Origin: a virus
Virus record (IMG/VR): IMGVR_UViG_3300020463_000019
Span: 2,293 to 66,292 of that record
Direction: 5' to 3' (one strand)
DNA length: 64,000 nucleotides
Below the pieces are notes generated by a model, which searched no databases, was not told the DNA's origin, and saw only the letters and a program-made list of their open reading frames with translations. The position numbers and the translations under genes are program-made. This document shows, piece after piece, positions 44,737 through 54,939 of this stretch (position 1 is its first letter; each line of letters begins with the position of its first letter).

Positions 44737-45232
44737 GTACGAACCATTAACATTCACACCCACCTGGGATGATGAATTTAAAAAATTTCCTTACAAGAGA
44801 CAACCGTTTGGTGATTTTGATCAGTTAGCAAAATGGCATAGATTAGGATTTACACATAAAAACTTTACAGGTGAAATGTGTCCTGATCAAAGTATTACAC
44901 CAGAATGGGCAAAAAATATTGGTAAGGTTCTTGCCTGGAAGGATTGTGGTTATACTTTCTATCGTATGCAAGTTGGTGATATACTTCCGCCACATGCAGA
45001 TCATTTTAACAAGTACAAGGAACTATTTCATATTGCAGACAGTGAAGATGTAATGCGTTGTATAGTTTTCTTGGAGGATAAAAAACCAGGACACATGAGT
45101 GAGTTTCAAGGACTAGGCGTAGGTGATTGGCACCGAGGAGATGCAATTGCTTGGAGAGGAACTGTAGAACACAGTGCATTGAATATAGGATATGAACCAA
45201 GATACACATTACAAATTACTGGACATGCTTGA
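44714..45232 (+). CDS. 2OG-Fe(II) dioxygenase-like
   Basis: 'PPHAD' HxD, distal 'EHSALN', 'RYTLQITG'. Confidence 0.7.
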   Translation: MVILDKYEYEPLTFTPTWDDEFKKFPYKRQPFGDFDQLAKWHRLGFTHKNFTGEMCPDQSITPEWAKNIGKVLAWKDCGYTFYRMQVGDILPPHADHFNKYKELFHIADSEDVMRCIVFLEDKKPGHMSEFQGLGVGDWHRGDAIAWRGTVEHSALNIGYEPRYTLQITGHA

Positions 45233-45923
45233 GTATGATGAACTTGATATATTAAAACGCATGGGTTATACATGGAATGACCCGTACGATATTATATACA
45301 AGTTTGAAGATGCATTGTCTGAATATACTAAAGCACCTTATGTTGTGACAACAGATTGTTGTACACATGCAATGGAGTTATGTTTTCGTTGGCTGGCTTA
45401 TAATAATCAAATGCCAGCACAGGTAACAATACCTGAACATACATATCTTAGTGTTCCAATGATGTTAGCCAAACTTGATATTAAATTTAATTTTACACAA
45501 AATAATTGGTTAGGCGAATATCAATTAAGTGGTAGTCCTATATGGGATAGTGCAAGGTTATTAGCAGAAGGTATGTATAAACTACCTGGCTACTATCAAT
45601 GTTTAAGTTTTGGAATAGGAAAACCATTGACAATTGGTCGCGGAGGTGCTATACTATTAGATAGTAAAGAAGCCTATGAATGGCTTAGTCGTGCAAGAAG
45701 CGACGGTAGAGATTTAAAAATAAAACCATGGAACAATCAAACATTTGATTTCATTGGTTATCATTATAATATGACAGTAGAACAAGCCGCAAAAGGTTTA
45801 ATCATGTTGGATACATATGAAACTAACTTTGACTTCTTTGAAGACCCAATGTTACTATATCCAAATTTAAGTGAATGCGTAGGTGAAATAAATGATCATA
45901 CAGACACACAACGAATGGGATAA
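45225..45923 (+). CDS. DegT/DnrJ/EryC1/StrS PLP aminotransferase (short)
   Basis: 'CCTHAMEL', 'WDSA', 'LSFGIGKPLTIGRGGAIL' (PLP Lys); start is 45225 or 45192. Confidence 0.8.
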   Translation: MLEYDELDILKRMGYTWNDPYDIIYKFEDALSEYTKAPYVVTTDCCTHAMELCFRWLAYNNQMPAQVTIPEHTYLSVPMMLAKLDIKFNFTQNNWLGEYQLSGSPIWDSARLLAEGMYKLPGYYQCLSFGIGKPLTIGRGGAILLDSKEAYEWLSRARSDGRDLKIKPWNNQTFDFIGYHYNMTVEQAAKGLIMLDTYETNFDFFEDPMLLYPNLSECVGEINDHTDTQRMG

Positions 45924-46899
45924 ACTAAACAGTATCGTATTAGGAGATGTTGCAGGAGCAAGGTTTCCAAAATATGATGATGTGTTTACTCGAGTAGCCA
46001 AAGGAAGTTCTTGGACTGAAACTGCACAACCTGTAGGTCCTATTAGCCAAGTAGTTATAGAAGAAACTAAAGTAGAATTAGACTTTATGAAACAAACACT
46101 TGAACAAGCAGGTGTTACTGTATACCGTCCAAGGCAATTAGACTTTCAGCAAGTTGTGCATGGTTATAGATACTTCAGTGATGGTATGTATAATTATTGT
46201 CCACGAGATGTAATATTAATTATAGGCAACTATGTAATTGAAACTCCTTGCTTATTTCATAGTAGACAACATGAAGGTGAAGCATACCGAGATATACGCT
46301 ACAGTGGATTAGAACAAGGTTGTAAATGGATCAGTGCTCCTCAGCATAACTTACCTGCTCATGAAGTATTTGATGCTGATGGTAACCTAACTGAAAAGAC
46401 CCCAATCTTTGATGCGGCTAATGTAATGCGTTTTGGAAAAGATATATTATATTTAAAAAGTCAAACAGGGAATGCCGCTGGTGCTAGATGGCTTAGTACA
46501 GTACTAGGATCTGAATATACTGTACATGTATGGGATAAAGTATATGCATACGCACATATTGACAGTACTATTTCCGCACTCAATGAAGAAACTATTTTAC
46601 TTAACAAACCAAGAATTAAAACTGCTGGGCAACTTCCTAAGTTTCTTAGACAGAAAAAGAAAATATGGCTGAGCGAAATTGAGCATACTGACTTCCATGT
46701 TTATCCTTATGCAAGTAAATGGATTGGAATGAATGTGCTTAGTATTAATCCAACTACTGTGATGGTAGATCCAAGACAAACATCATTAATCAAAAGATTA
46801 GAAAAAGAAAAGTTTGATATTGCACCAGTGCAACTAACACATAGTAGAACACTTGGTGGTGGACATCATTGTTGTACATTAGACTTACACAGAGGATAA
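45892..46899 (+). CDS. Amidinotransferase (glycine/inosamine-phosphate amidinotransferase family)
   Basis: 'HNEWDKL', 'CPRD', 'FDAAN', 'HID', 'GGGHHC' (Asp-His-Cys triad). Confidence 0.85.
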   Translation: MIIQTHNEWDKLNSIVLGDVAGARFPKYDDVFTRVAKGSSWTETAQPVGPISQVVIEETKVELDFMKQTLEQAGVTVYRPRQLDFQQVVHGYRYFSDGMYNYCPRDVILIIGNYVIETPCLFHSRQHEGEAYRDIRYSGLEQGCKWISAPQHNLPAHEVFDADGNLTEKTPIFDAANVMRFGKDILYLKSQTGNAAGARWLSTVLGSEYTVHVWDKVYAYAHIDSTISALNEETILLNKPRIKTAGQLPKFLRQKKKIWLSEIEHTDFHVYPYASKWIGMNVLSINPTTVMVDPRQTSLIKRLEKEKFDIAPVQLTHSRTLGGGHHCCTLDLHRG

Positions 46900-46900
46900 T

Positions 46901-48412
46901 ATGAGAGTACTAGGAGTAAGTGCAGGCTTTCATGATGCAGGATTATCAGTTATTGCTGATGGCGAAATACTATTTGCAGGACATAGTGAAAGATATAGCA
47001 AACAAAAACACGATCATCATTTATGTCCAGAAATTGTTACAAAGGCATTGGACTCTGTGTTTCCGTCTGAGATTGATGCTATTGCTTATTACGAAACACC
47101 ATGGCTTAAAAAGACAAGAGAAATATATGCAGGGCAAGGCATTGAAGGCGGTGATAGAAGTAGCACATGGACTACTAAGGGTGCATTGAAAAAAGAGTTT
47201 GGAGACTTGTTACCTAACGCACCAGTGCATACATACCGGCATCATCATACACATGCCGCCGCTGGCTTTCAAACAAGTCCTTTCAAAGACGCAACAGTTG
47301 TTGTCATTGACGCTATAGGTGAATGGGAAACTATTACAATATGGTACGCATACTATGATAACAAAGGTCGTGCGTGTTATGAAAAGTTGTGGCGACAACG
47401 TTATCCACATAGTATTGGATTGTATTATAGTGCAATGACCGCACGACTTGGATTACGTCCACTTGATGAAGAATATATTATGATGGGTATGGCTGGTTGG
47501 GGTACTGCTAGTGGTTTAAATGAAAACTTGATTGAAAGTGAATTTGTACATGATATGGCAACACTACGTTTCAAACAAAATTTACACGCTGGCATTGACA
47601 AAAACTTTATGATCAATATGAATGAATATGATATTGCCGCTAGAGCTCAGTATAGTGTTGAAAAAATGATAGACAATGTAATGTCAAGAGCAAGAGGCTT
47701 TAATAAAAGTCGTAACCTAGTTTATATGGGAGGAGTTGCACTTAACTGTTTATACAATCGCAAACTAGGAGACTTCTTTGACGATATATGGATTATGCCA
47801 AACCCTGGAGATTGTGGAAGTAGTTTAGGTGCCGCGGCACTTACATATGGCAAAAAAATTGAATGGGATAATCCTTACTTAGGAACATTCATATATGGAC
47901 CTTATCCTATCAGAGACTTGATAGATGAACTACAAACAAATAAAATTGTAGGAGTAGCAAACGGAAGAGCAGAGTTTGGACCAAGAGCGTTAGGCAATAG
48001 AAGTTTACTAGCCGATCCACGGGGTCCTGAAATTAAAGATAAAGTAAACGAAATAAAACGTAGACAAAAGTTTAGACCGTTTGCTCCTATGATTCTCGAA
48101 GAGCATGTACATGAATACTTTGACATGCCTGAGAAAACACCTACGTCGCCTTATATGCAAGTAGTTGCCAGATGTAAAAAGCCAGACGAGTTTCCTGCAA
48201 TTATACACGTTGACGGAACTAGCAGAGTACAAACAGTTGGCAAAGGTTGTTATGGCAGTGGTGTACGTTATTTACTAGAACAATGGTATGTGTTAACAGG
48301 TTGTCCTATGTTGCTTAACACAAGTTTAAATATCAGAGGGGAGCCAATGGTTGATACAAGAGAAGATGCAGATAGATTTGAAAAAGAGTATGGAGTAAAA
48401 GTATGCAGTTAG
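46901..48412 (+). CDS. Carbamoyltransferase (NodU/CmcH/TobZ family)
   Basis: 'FHDA', 'HHHTHAA', 'DAIGE', 'GGVALNC', 'EFGPRALGNRS', 'RPFAP', 'LNTSLN'. Confidence 0.9.
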   Translation: MRVLGVSAGFHDAGLSVIADGEILFAGHSERYSKQKHDHHLCPEIVTKALDSVFPSEIDAIAYYETPWLKKTREIYAGQGIEGGDRSSTWTTKGALKKEFGDLLPNAPVHTYRHHHTHAAAGFQTSPFKDATVVVIDAIGEWETITIWYAYYDNKGRACYEKLWRQRYPHSIGLYYSAMTARLGLRPLDEEYIMMGMAGWGTASGLNENLIESEFVHDMATLRFKQNLHAGIDKNFMINMNEYDIAARAQYSVEKMIDNVMSRARGFNKSRNLVYMGGVALNCLYNRKLGDFFDDIWIMPNPGDCGSSLGAAALTYGKKIEWDNPYLGTFIYGPYPIRDLIDELQTNKIVGVANGRAEFGPRALGNRSLLADPRGPEIKDKVNEIKRRQKFRPFAPMILEEHVHEYFDMPEKTPTSPYMQVVARCKKPDEFPAIIHVDGTSRVQTVGKGCYGSGVRYLLEQWYVLTGCPMLLNTSLNIRGEPMVDTREDADRFEKEYGVKVCS

Positions 48413-48597
48413 ATGATGAACAAGCAAATAAGATACTAGACAAACTAGAAATTGTTCAGTTACGTTTAGAAAAGATTGAGCTACAACAAGAGCAGTTGTT
48501 AGAAAAGTTTAACAAGCATGTTGACTTTATCAATGAAACATACGAAGGACTACGAAATCCTATTAGGACTGCCACAAAGTTTTTTGGTAGAAAGTAA
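48403..48597 (+). CDS. Small coiled-coil hypothetical protein
   Basis: 64 aa, GGAG RBS. Confidence 0.55.
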   Translation: MQLDDEQANKILDKLEIVQLRLEKIELQQEQLLEKFNKHVDFINETYEGLRNPIRTATKFFGRK

Positions 48598-49278
48598 ATG
48601 TTTGATATTATTTTTATGAGCTACGAAGAGCCAAATGCTGAAGAGCATTGGCAAGCAGTTAAGGACAAGTACCCATGGACACAAAGAGTACATGGTGTAA
48701 AAGGTTTGGTTAATGCTCATAGAGAGTGTGCTAAACTAAGTCGTACTCAAATGTATTATCATATTGAAGCAGACAACGAACTAACTGAAGACTTCAATCC
48801 TAGTTTTAAACCTGGTGCATACGACAGAGACACAGTGCATGTATGGCGTGCTAGAAATAGTGTAAACAACTTAGTGTATGGTTACAGTGGAATCAAACTG
48901 TTTCCTAAAAAGAATGTACTAGCATTAGATCCTGATAAAGTTGTTGACTTTACAACAAGTGTTAGTGATAAATTTAAAGCAGTACAAATTGTAGGTAGTA
49001 CAGTTCACTATGATACTGACCCATACAATACTTGGAAGGCCGCATTTAGAGAGTGTGCTAAACTAAGTGCAAGGATTATTGATAGACAAAAAGACAAAGA
49101 AACAAGTGAACGTTTAAATACTTGGTGTACAGTTGGAGTAGGAGACTATGCCGACTACAGTATAGCTGGTGCAATTGATGGCTGTGATTATGGCAAATAT
49201 GCTACACAAGATGATATGGTAAAGGTTAATGACTGGGAATGGCTGAGGAATAGATTTGACGAAACAACTAAAGGATAG
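48598..49278 (+). CDS. Putative glycosyltransferase-like protein (paralog of 31126..32061)
   Basis: 'MSYEEPNA..RVHGVKG..IEADN..AFRECAKL'. Confidence 0.55.
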   Translation: MFDIIFMSYEEPNAEEHWQAVKDKYPWTQRVHGVKGLVNAHRECAKLSRTQMYYHIEADNELTEDFNPSFKPGAYDRDTVHVWRARNSVNNLVYGYSGIKLFPKKNVLALDPDKVVDFTTSVSDKFKAVQIVGSTVHYDTDPYNTWKAAFRECAKLSARIIDRQKDKETSERLNTWCTVGVGDYADYSIAGAIDGCDYGKYATQDDMVKVNDWEWLRNRFDETTKG

Positions 49279-49963
49279 TATAATCAGCGACCAGGATATG
49301 TTTACTCGTATGAGTTTATTTACTGGCAATAGTTCATTTGACGATTTACGCAAAACAATTGATAACACAGATGCAATACTCGATGATGCATTTAGCGTAG
49401 GACAATTAAAAAGCAAACGTTGGCTTATAGATAGTTTAATAGAAAGTGGCGGGTATGAACTTGGCACTGTTTTTCTATGTGCTGGATGGTATGCTACACT
49501 TGCTAGTATGTTGTTTAACAGTATACTTTCAATACGGTGCATTAGAAGTTTTGACATTGATCCTAATTGTGCTACTATTGCCGAAACAGTTAATAGGAGT
49601 CAAGTGTTAAATAGTTGGCAGTTCAAAGCAACAACTGCGGATATAATGAACCTGGAGTTTGACAACTACACATATAGTACACAACGAAGCGATGGTACTA
49701 GTGTAGAACTATGTGAAAGTGCAGATACTATTATAAACACAAGTTGTGAACATATACCAAACTTCAAAGAATGGTACGATAGAATCCCGTATGATAAGTT
49801 GGTTATATTACAAAGTAACAACTACTCTGAGTTACCTGAACATGTAAATTCAAGTAACAGTTTAGAAGAGTTTGTAGATAGTGTTCCACTAATAGACACA
49901 TGGTACAAAGGTGAACTAGAGTTAAGTAAGTATACGAGGTATATGGTAATTGGAATTAGATAA
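49256..49963 (+). CDS. Class I SAM-dependent methyltransferase-like
   Basis: 'FLCAGWY', 'SFDID', 'INTSCEH'. Confidence 0.65.
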   Translation: MTKQLKDSIISDQDMFTRMSLFTGNSSFDDLRKTIDNTDAILDDAFSVGQLKSKRWLIDSLIESGGYELGTVFLCAGWYATLASMLFNSILSIRCIRSFDIDPNCATIAETVNRSQVLNSWQFKATTADIMNLEFDNYTYSTQRSDGTSVELCESADTIINTSCEHIPNFKEWYDRIPYDKLVILQSNNYSELPEHVNSSNSLEEFVDSVPLIDTWYKGELELSKYTRYMVIGIR

Positions 49964-50174
49964 ACTATCACTGCGTGAACAACAAAAAGAATGTGCTAGA
50001 GCCTTAGCATCTATGAGTGCTACCAACAACAATATTCATCAATTCAACAAACAAGCACATCACAATAGTCACAACTGGTATTCTGCAGTCATTAACTGGT
50101 ATGTAGAACAGTATGGCGACTTACCCTCAAAGACTGGACCAGGACAAGAAGTTAAGTTAATCTTGGACAACTAA
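49950..50174 (+). CDS. Hypothetical protein
   Basis: 74 aa, TTG start, coupled to the next gene. Confidence 0.5.
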   Translation: MELDKLSLREQQKECARALASMSATNNNIHQFNKQAHHNSHNWYSAVINWYVEQYGDLPSKTGPGQEVKLILDN

Positions 50175-51100
50175 TGATTAATAGTATTACTACTGACGTT
50201 CCGAGCAGTTTAGATATTGAATGGGTAATCAACAATTACTGCAATTTTAATTGTAGTTATTGCACTCCTGACTTATTTGGTAACACTAGTAGAGCATTAG
50301 ATTTACCTATAGCAGTTGAGTTTTTTAACACAGTACATCAACAACATCCAGGAATAAAAATGCTAAGTCTCAGTGGAGGAGAACCTACACTGTGGAAGCA
50401 TCTACCTGAGTTTGTTGATAGTGTAGCAAGTAACTACTTCTTTCATATTATTACCAACGGTAGTAGAACGCTTGACTGGTGGCGTAGATTCATGTATAAA
50501 AGAAAGATAGACAGGATAACAATAAGTTTACATGTAGAGCAAATTAATTTTGATAAAACATTTGCCAATATAGAATTTTTACAAAACCAAACAGACTTAA
50601 CTTTATTAGTATTACTAAAGCCTGGGTCAAAGGAAATACTAGAACAATTTGTAAAACGTATAACTGATGCAAAAATAAATGCAAGTATAAAAATAAAACC
50701 ATTAACCTCGCATGATAATAGAAGTGTGTACAACTACAACAAAGACGAAAAATCATGGTTACAACACTTTAGTTACAACAAAGCAAACATAAATTCCTAT
50801 AGTGGTATTGCTAAAAGACTTATAGTTGATGGCAAAGAGCATAGCATGAGTTATGCTTACAAACTAGTTGCAGGTGGATTAAATAACTTTAGAGGTTGGA
50901 ACTGTAACTTAGGAAGTAGCCGAATGTTTATTTGGCACGATGGAAATGTGTTTCCTGCTACATGTAAAACTGCTATGGCAAGACCGATTGGCAATGTTTT
51001 TTCTAATACGTTAGAAGTTAAAACATCAAGTACAAGATGTGCTGATGAGTTTTGTCATTGTGCACCTGATATTAGGATTACAAAAAGTAGAAATGTATAA
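50174..51100 (+). CDS. Radical SAM enzyme with C-terminal Cys cluster
   Basis: CNFNCSYC, SGGEPT, TNGS; C-terminal C..C..CADEFCHC. Confidence 0.85.
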   Translation: MINSITTDVPSSLDIEWVINNYCNFNCSYCTPDLFGNTSRALDLPIAVEFFNTVHQQHPGIKMLSLSGGEPTLWKHLPEFVDSVASNYFFHIITNGSRTLDWWRRFMYKRKIDRITISLHVEQINFDKTFANIEFLQNQTDLTLLVLLKPGSKEILEQFVKRITDAKINASIKIKPLTSHDNRSVYNYNKDEKSWLQHFSYNKANINSYSGIAKRLIVDGKEHSMSYAYKLVAGGLNNFRGWNCNLGSSRMFIWHDGNVFPATCKTAMARPIGNVFSNTLEVKTSSTRCADEFCHCAPDIRITKSRNV

Positions 51101-52172
51101 ACTAGAAGACATAAAGCAAATACATTTAGAAGTGACACAGAAGTGTCAGGCCGCGTGTCCTATGTGTGATCGCAATATGAATGGCAAAGGTATCAACCCG
51201 CATATTGATTTGAGCGAACTTAGTTTAGAAGACTGCGAAAAAATGTTTCCGCCAGAGTTTATTGCACAACTAGATAGTATGTATATGTGTGGTAACTTAG
51301 GTGATCCTATTATAGCAAAAGACTGTTTACAAATATTCCAATACTTTCGCAAACACAACAAAGACATGTGGTTGAGTATGAACACAAATGGTGGAGCACA
51401 AATACCAGCATGGTGGGCAGGACTTGCTAGTACTCTTAATCACAGAGGTGCAGTTATCTTTAGTGTTGACGGTTTAAAAGATACAAATCATATTTACAGA
51501 CAAGGTGTAAGTTGGGACATAGTAGAACGTAGCATGAGAGCATTTGTAAAAGGTGGTGGTCGAGCAAGATGGGACTTCCTTATATTTGAACACAACCAAC
51601 ATCAAGTTGAACGAGCAAAAGCTCTTGCTATGGAGATTGGTTGCGAAAACTTTATTCCTAAGAAGACAGGAAGATTTGTTACTGCGACTACACAACCTAA
51701 AGAAGAACATGAAGGAAGCAATAGAAAAGGCACTGAGTCAATTGAGCTTAAGAAGCCTGACGATAAATATGTTAATAAAGCTCTTACTACTCAGCAAAAA
51801 TTAATTGAAAAATACGGCGACATGGACAACTACTATGACGCAGTTCCTATTAAATGTAAAGTTGCAAGTTCAGGTAATCTTTTTATTACTGCTGAAGGCA
51901 TGGCAATGCCGTGTTGTTGGACTGCTGGTCGTATGTATAAGTGGTGGCATAAAGATCCTAGAGTCGAACAGATATGGAACTTCATAGATGCACATGGAGG
52001 CAAACAAGGTTTAAGTGTAATTGAAAATGGACTACCTGCAGTATTTGACTCGGGTATATTTGACAGTATAAATGATAGTTGGAACAAAACAAGTTGTGCC
52101 GATGGCAAGTTAAAAGTATGTGCTATGAAGTGCGGTATTGAGTGGGATCCTTTTACGGAGCAATTTAAGTGA
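51093..52172 (+). CDS. Radical SAM/SPASM-like enzyme
   Basis: Start MYKLED at 51093; CQAACPMC, CGNLGDP, FSVDGL; C-terminal PCC..CAMKC. Confidence 0.85.
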   Translation: MYKLEDIKQIHLEVTQKCQAACPMCDRNMNGKGINPHIDLSELSLEDCEKMFPPEFIAQLDSMYMCGNLGDPIIAKDCLQIFQYFRKHNKDMWLSMNTNGGAQIPAWWAGLASTLNHRGAVIFSVDGLKDTNHIYRQGVSWDIVERSMRAFVKGGGRARWDFLIFEHNQHQVERAKALAMEIGCENFIPKKTGRFVTATTQPKEEHEGSNRKGTESIELKKPDDKYVNKALTTQQKLIEKYGDMDNYYDAVPIKCKVASSGNLFITAEGMAMPCCWTAGRMYKWWHKDPRVEQIWNFIDAHGGKQGLSVIENGLPAVFDSGIFDSINDSWNKTSCADGKLKVCAMKCGIEWDPFTEQFK

Positions 52173-53599
52173 TAAACAAAACTGAAGACAAAGATCGTTA
52201 CAATGATATCAGCGAAACATTCTGTGCTTTGCCATGGTTACATTTAAGTAGTAGACCAGATGGCAAGATGCGTACTTGTTGTACTAGTAATGCAAGTAGT
52301 GTACAAGATCCAGACAGTAGTAAAAAAGTAGGTGGTGGAGAAGTTGGTGTTGTAAAGAACAATGATGGCGTGCCTGCTAACTTTAATCACACAAGTTTAG
52401 AAGATGCTTGGAATAGTGACTACATGAAGAATGTACGCAAGATGATGTTGCGTGGAGAAAAGCCAGCACCTTGTCTAAAATGCTATAAGGAAGAAGAAGC
52501 AGGACATCTAAGCAAACGTAATTGGGAAACAAACTATTGGGGTAATAGATATAACTTACACAACTTAGTAGAAGAAACAGACATTACAGGAAAGATACCA
52601 CCAAAGATACGTTACATTGATCTGCGTATGGGAAGTAAGTGTCAACTAGCATGTGTCATGTGTAGTCCACATGATAGCACAGGATGGATTAAAGAATGGA
52701 ATAAAATCTATCCGCAAATAACAAATGAAAAATTAAAAAATACAAGTGCTTGGGATAACAAAGGTCGTAATGATGGTGCAAGTTATAATTGGCACAAAAA
52801 CAATCCTAAGTTTTGGAGTGACTTGTACGAACAGATTCCGCACATGTATCAATTGTATTTTGCTGGTGGTGAAAGTTTAATCATTGATGAACACTATGAC
52901 TTGTTAGAAGAATGTATTAAAAATGGCTACGCAAAGAACATTGAGTTGCGTTACAATAGTAATGCAGTTGAATGGCGTGATGACTTGTTTGACTTGTGGG
53001 CAGAATTTAAACGTGTGAGATTCCACTACAGTATAGACGCACATGGAGAACACAATGACTATATACGCTACCCAACAGATTGGAAACATCAAGAAGAAGT
53101 ATTCTGGAAGTTGGACAATACTAGTGACAATGTAGAAGTAACAACCGCTACAACTATTATGGCACTCAACGTTGGATACATTCCAGAGTTTGTGCAATGG
53201 AAAGTAGCACAGAACTTTCGTAAGATAAACAAATGGCCGTTAGGAGCAGGAGGTATTAACATGCATTTTGCTTACTGGCCACCTCAGTTAAATGTTAAAG
53301 TATTGCCGGCTGAAGTAAAACAAACTATAACAGACAAGTACGAACAAGAGTTCATACCTTGGATGATGGATAACTGGCAAAGTTTTACAGGAGTCAAAGA
53401 AGCAGGACTAACACAAGAACAATGGCTAAGTGCTCCATACGGAGTAAAAAGATTTCGTGGCATTATCAAGTTTATGAATGCAGAAGACTGGACACAACGT
53501 TTACCAGAAACAAGACAGTACTTAAACCTAGTAAACAAACAACGTGGATGGGAAACAAAGTTTCTTGAAGTCTTTCCGTTGTTCAAGGAAGTGCTATGA
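52169..53599 (+). CDS. Radical SAM enzyme with N-terminal Twitch/SPASM-like domain
   Basis: CALPW..TCC..CLKC; CQLACVMC; AGGE. Confidence 0.85.
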   Translation: MINKTEDKDRYNDISETFCALPWLHLSSRPDGKMRTCCTSNASSVQDPDSSKKVGGGEVGVVKNNDGVPANFNHTSLEDAWNSDYMKNVRKMMLRGEKPAPCLKCYKEEEAGHLSKRNWETNYWGNRYNLHNLVEETDITGKIPPKIRYIDLRMGSKCQLACVMCSPHDSTGWIKEWNKIYPQITNEKLKNTSAWDNKGRNDGASYNWHKNNPKFWSDLYEQIPHMYQLYFAGGESLIIDEHYDLLEECIKNGYAKNIELRYNSNAVEWRDDLFDLWAEFKRVRFHYSIDAHGEHNDYIRYPTDWKHQEEVFWKLDNTSDNVEVTTATTIMALNVGYIPEFVQWKVAQNFRKINKWPLGAGGINMHFAYWPPQLNVKVLPAEVKQTITDKYEQEFIPWMMDNWQSFTGVKEAGLTQEQWLSAPYGVKRFRGIIKFMNAEDWTQRLPETRQYLNLVNKQRGWETKFLEVFPLFKEVL

Positions 53600-54939
53600 C
53601 AGAACTAAACATGGATAGGTTTTGTGTTGTTCCTTTTGTGCAGTTAAACACAAGAGGCAAAGGTGATGCACGAGTATGTTGTAGTATCGATGGATTAAAC
53701 TATGGCGTACCAAAACATTTAACACTTGATCAAGTTAATCCAGATACATACAACGGCAAAGACACAGAAGTATATAACCTACAACATGATGATATATCAG
53801 ACTTATGGAACAGTGACTTTATGCGAGACTTCCGACAAAAGATGTTGGCAGGTGAATATATACCCAACTGTGAGTTTTGTTACAGAATGGAAAACAGTGG
53901 ACTTAGTAGTAAGCGACTAGGCAAGAACAAAATATTCTTAGAGCGAACACTTCCGTTCTTACAAGACTATGCAAACGCTAACGGACATGTTGACAAAATG
54001 CCACAGTGGTGGGAGATACGTTTAAGTACCAAGTGTAACCTAAGTTGTATTATGTGTGCTCCAAGTTTGAGTACTATGATGTATAAAGAATATGCAAAGT
54101 GGCGTAAGGATGGAACAGGAAGTCAATACACAAATGGAGCATTGGCTATTGCAGAAGACAGTGGCGAAGAGTTTTTAAGTAAGAGTGAGTTCTTTCGTGA
54201 TCAAGTTACAAGTAATCTGCAACATGTTTTATACATGGAGTTTAGAGGTGGTGAAGTATTTGCAGACAAAGAAAGCATAGACTTTATTGAAGCAGTAAGT
54301 TATACAGAATATGCCGCAGGCATTACGCTAGATATCTCAACAAACGCTACACTAATTAATAAAAGAGTAGTAGACATACTTAATAGATTCAAAGGTGGTA
54401 AACTAAGACTTAGTATTGATGCGTACAAAGAAGCAGATGAATGGATACGCTATCATACAGACTGGAATGCAGTAATTAGAAGTATGGAAATAATGCATGG
54501 CTTACACAACAAGTGGAAGTTCCTAACACAAACAACAGTACAATTTTTAAACTGCTTAACATTAGATGAACTAGTAGTGTTCTTTAATGATTACATTATG
54601 GAACAACGAGACGAAAGATTCTTTTTAGGATTTACAAGTGTAAGAGGTAAAGACTGGTTACGACATGAGATGGTACCTAATAGTATTCGTGAACCAGCAG
54701 TACAACGCATGAAAGAACTAAAACGCACATTACCTATATTCCAAACCAATTGGAAAAATTCAGAACAACTTAACAAAGCAATGGATCAACTTATAAGTGT
54801 ATTAAGCGATACAGAATATACAGAAGAAGCAAAAGTAGAACTTGCACCTAAAGCAAGAAACTTTTTTGAAACACTAACTAGAGTTCGAAAGAAAGATTAC
54901 TTCGAACAGTTTCCACACATTAATCAGAGTATAGCATGA
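53596..54939 (+). CDS. Radical SAM enzyme with N-terminal Twitch/SPASM-like domain
   Basis: CVVPF..VCC..CEFC; CNLSCIMC; RGGE. Confidence 0.85.
   Translation: MTELNMDRFCVVPFVQLNTRGKGDARVCCSIDGLNYGVPKHLTLDQVNPDTYNGKDTEVYNLQHDDISDLWNSDFMRDFRQKMLAGEYIPNCEFCYRMENSGLSSKRLGKNKIFLERTLPFLQDYANANGHVDKMPQWWEIRLSTKCNLSCIMCAPSLSTMMYKEYAKWRKDGTGSQYTNGALAIAEDSGEEFLSKSEFFRDQVTSNLQHVLYMEFRGGEVFADKESIDFIEAVSYTEYAAGITLDISTNATLINKRVVDILNRFKGGKLRLSIDAYKEADEWIRYHTDWNAVIRSMEIMHGLHNKWKFLTQTTVQFLNCLTLDELVVFFNDYIMEQRDERFFLGFTSVRGKDWLRHEMVPNSIREPAVQRMKELKRTLPIFQTNWKNSEQLNKAMDQLISVLSDTEYTEEAKVELAPKARNFFETLTRVRKKDYFEQFPHINQSIA

Noticed and set aside
50174-51100. Viperin, QueE or MoaA assignment for the type C radical SAM enzymes
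   Set aside because: Only generic CxxxCxxC/GGEP motifs match; partner genes (queC/D, moaC) are absent from the window.
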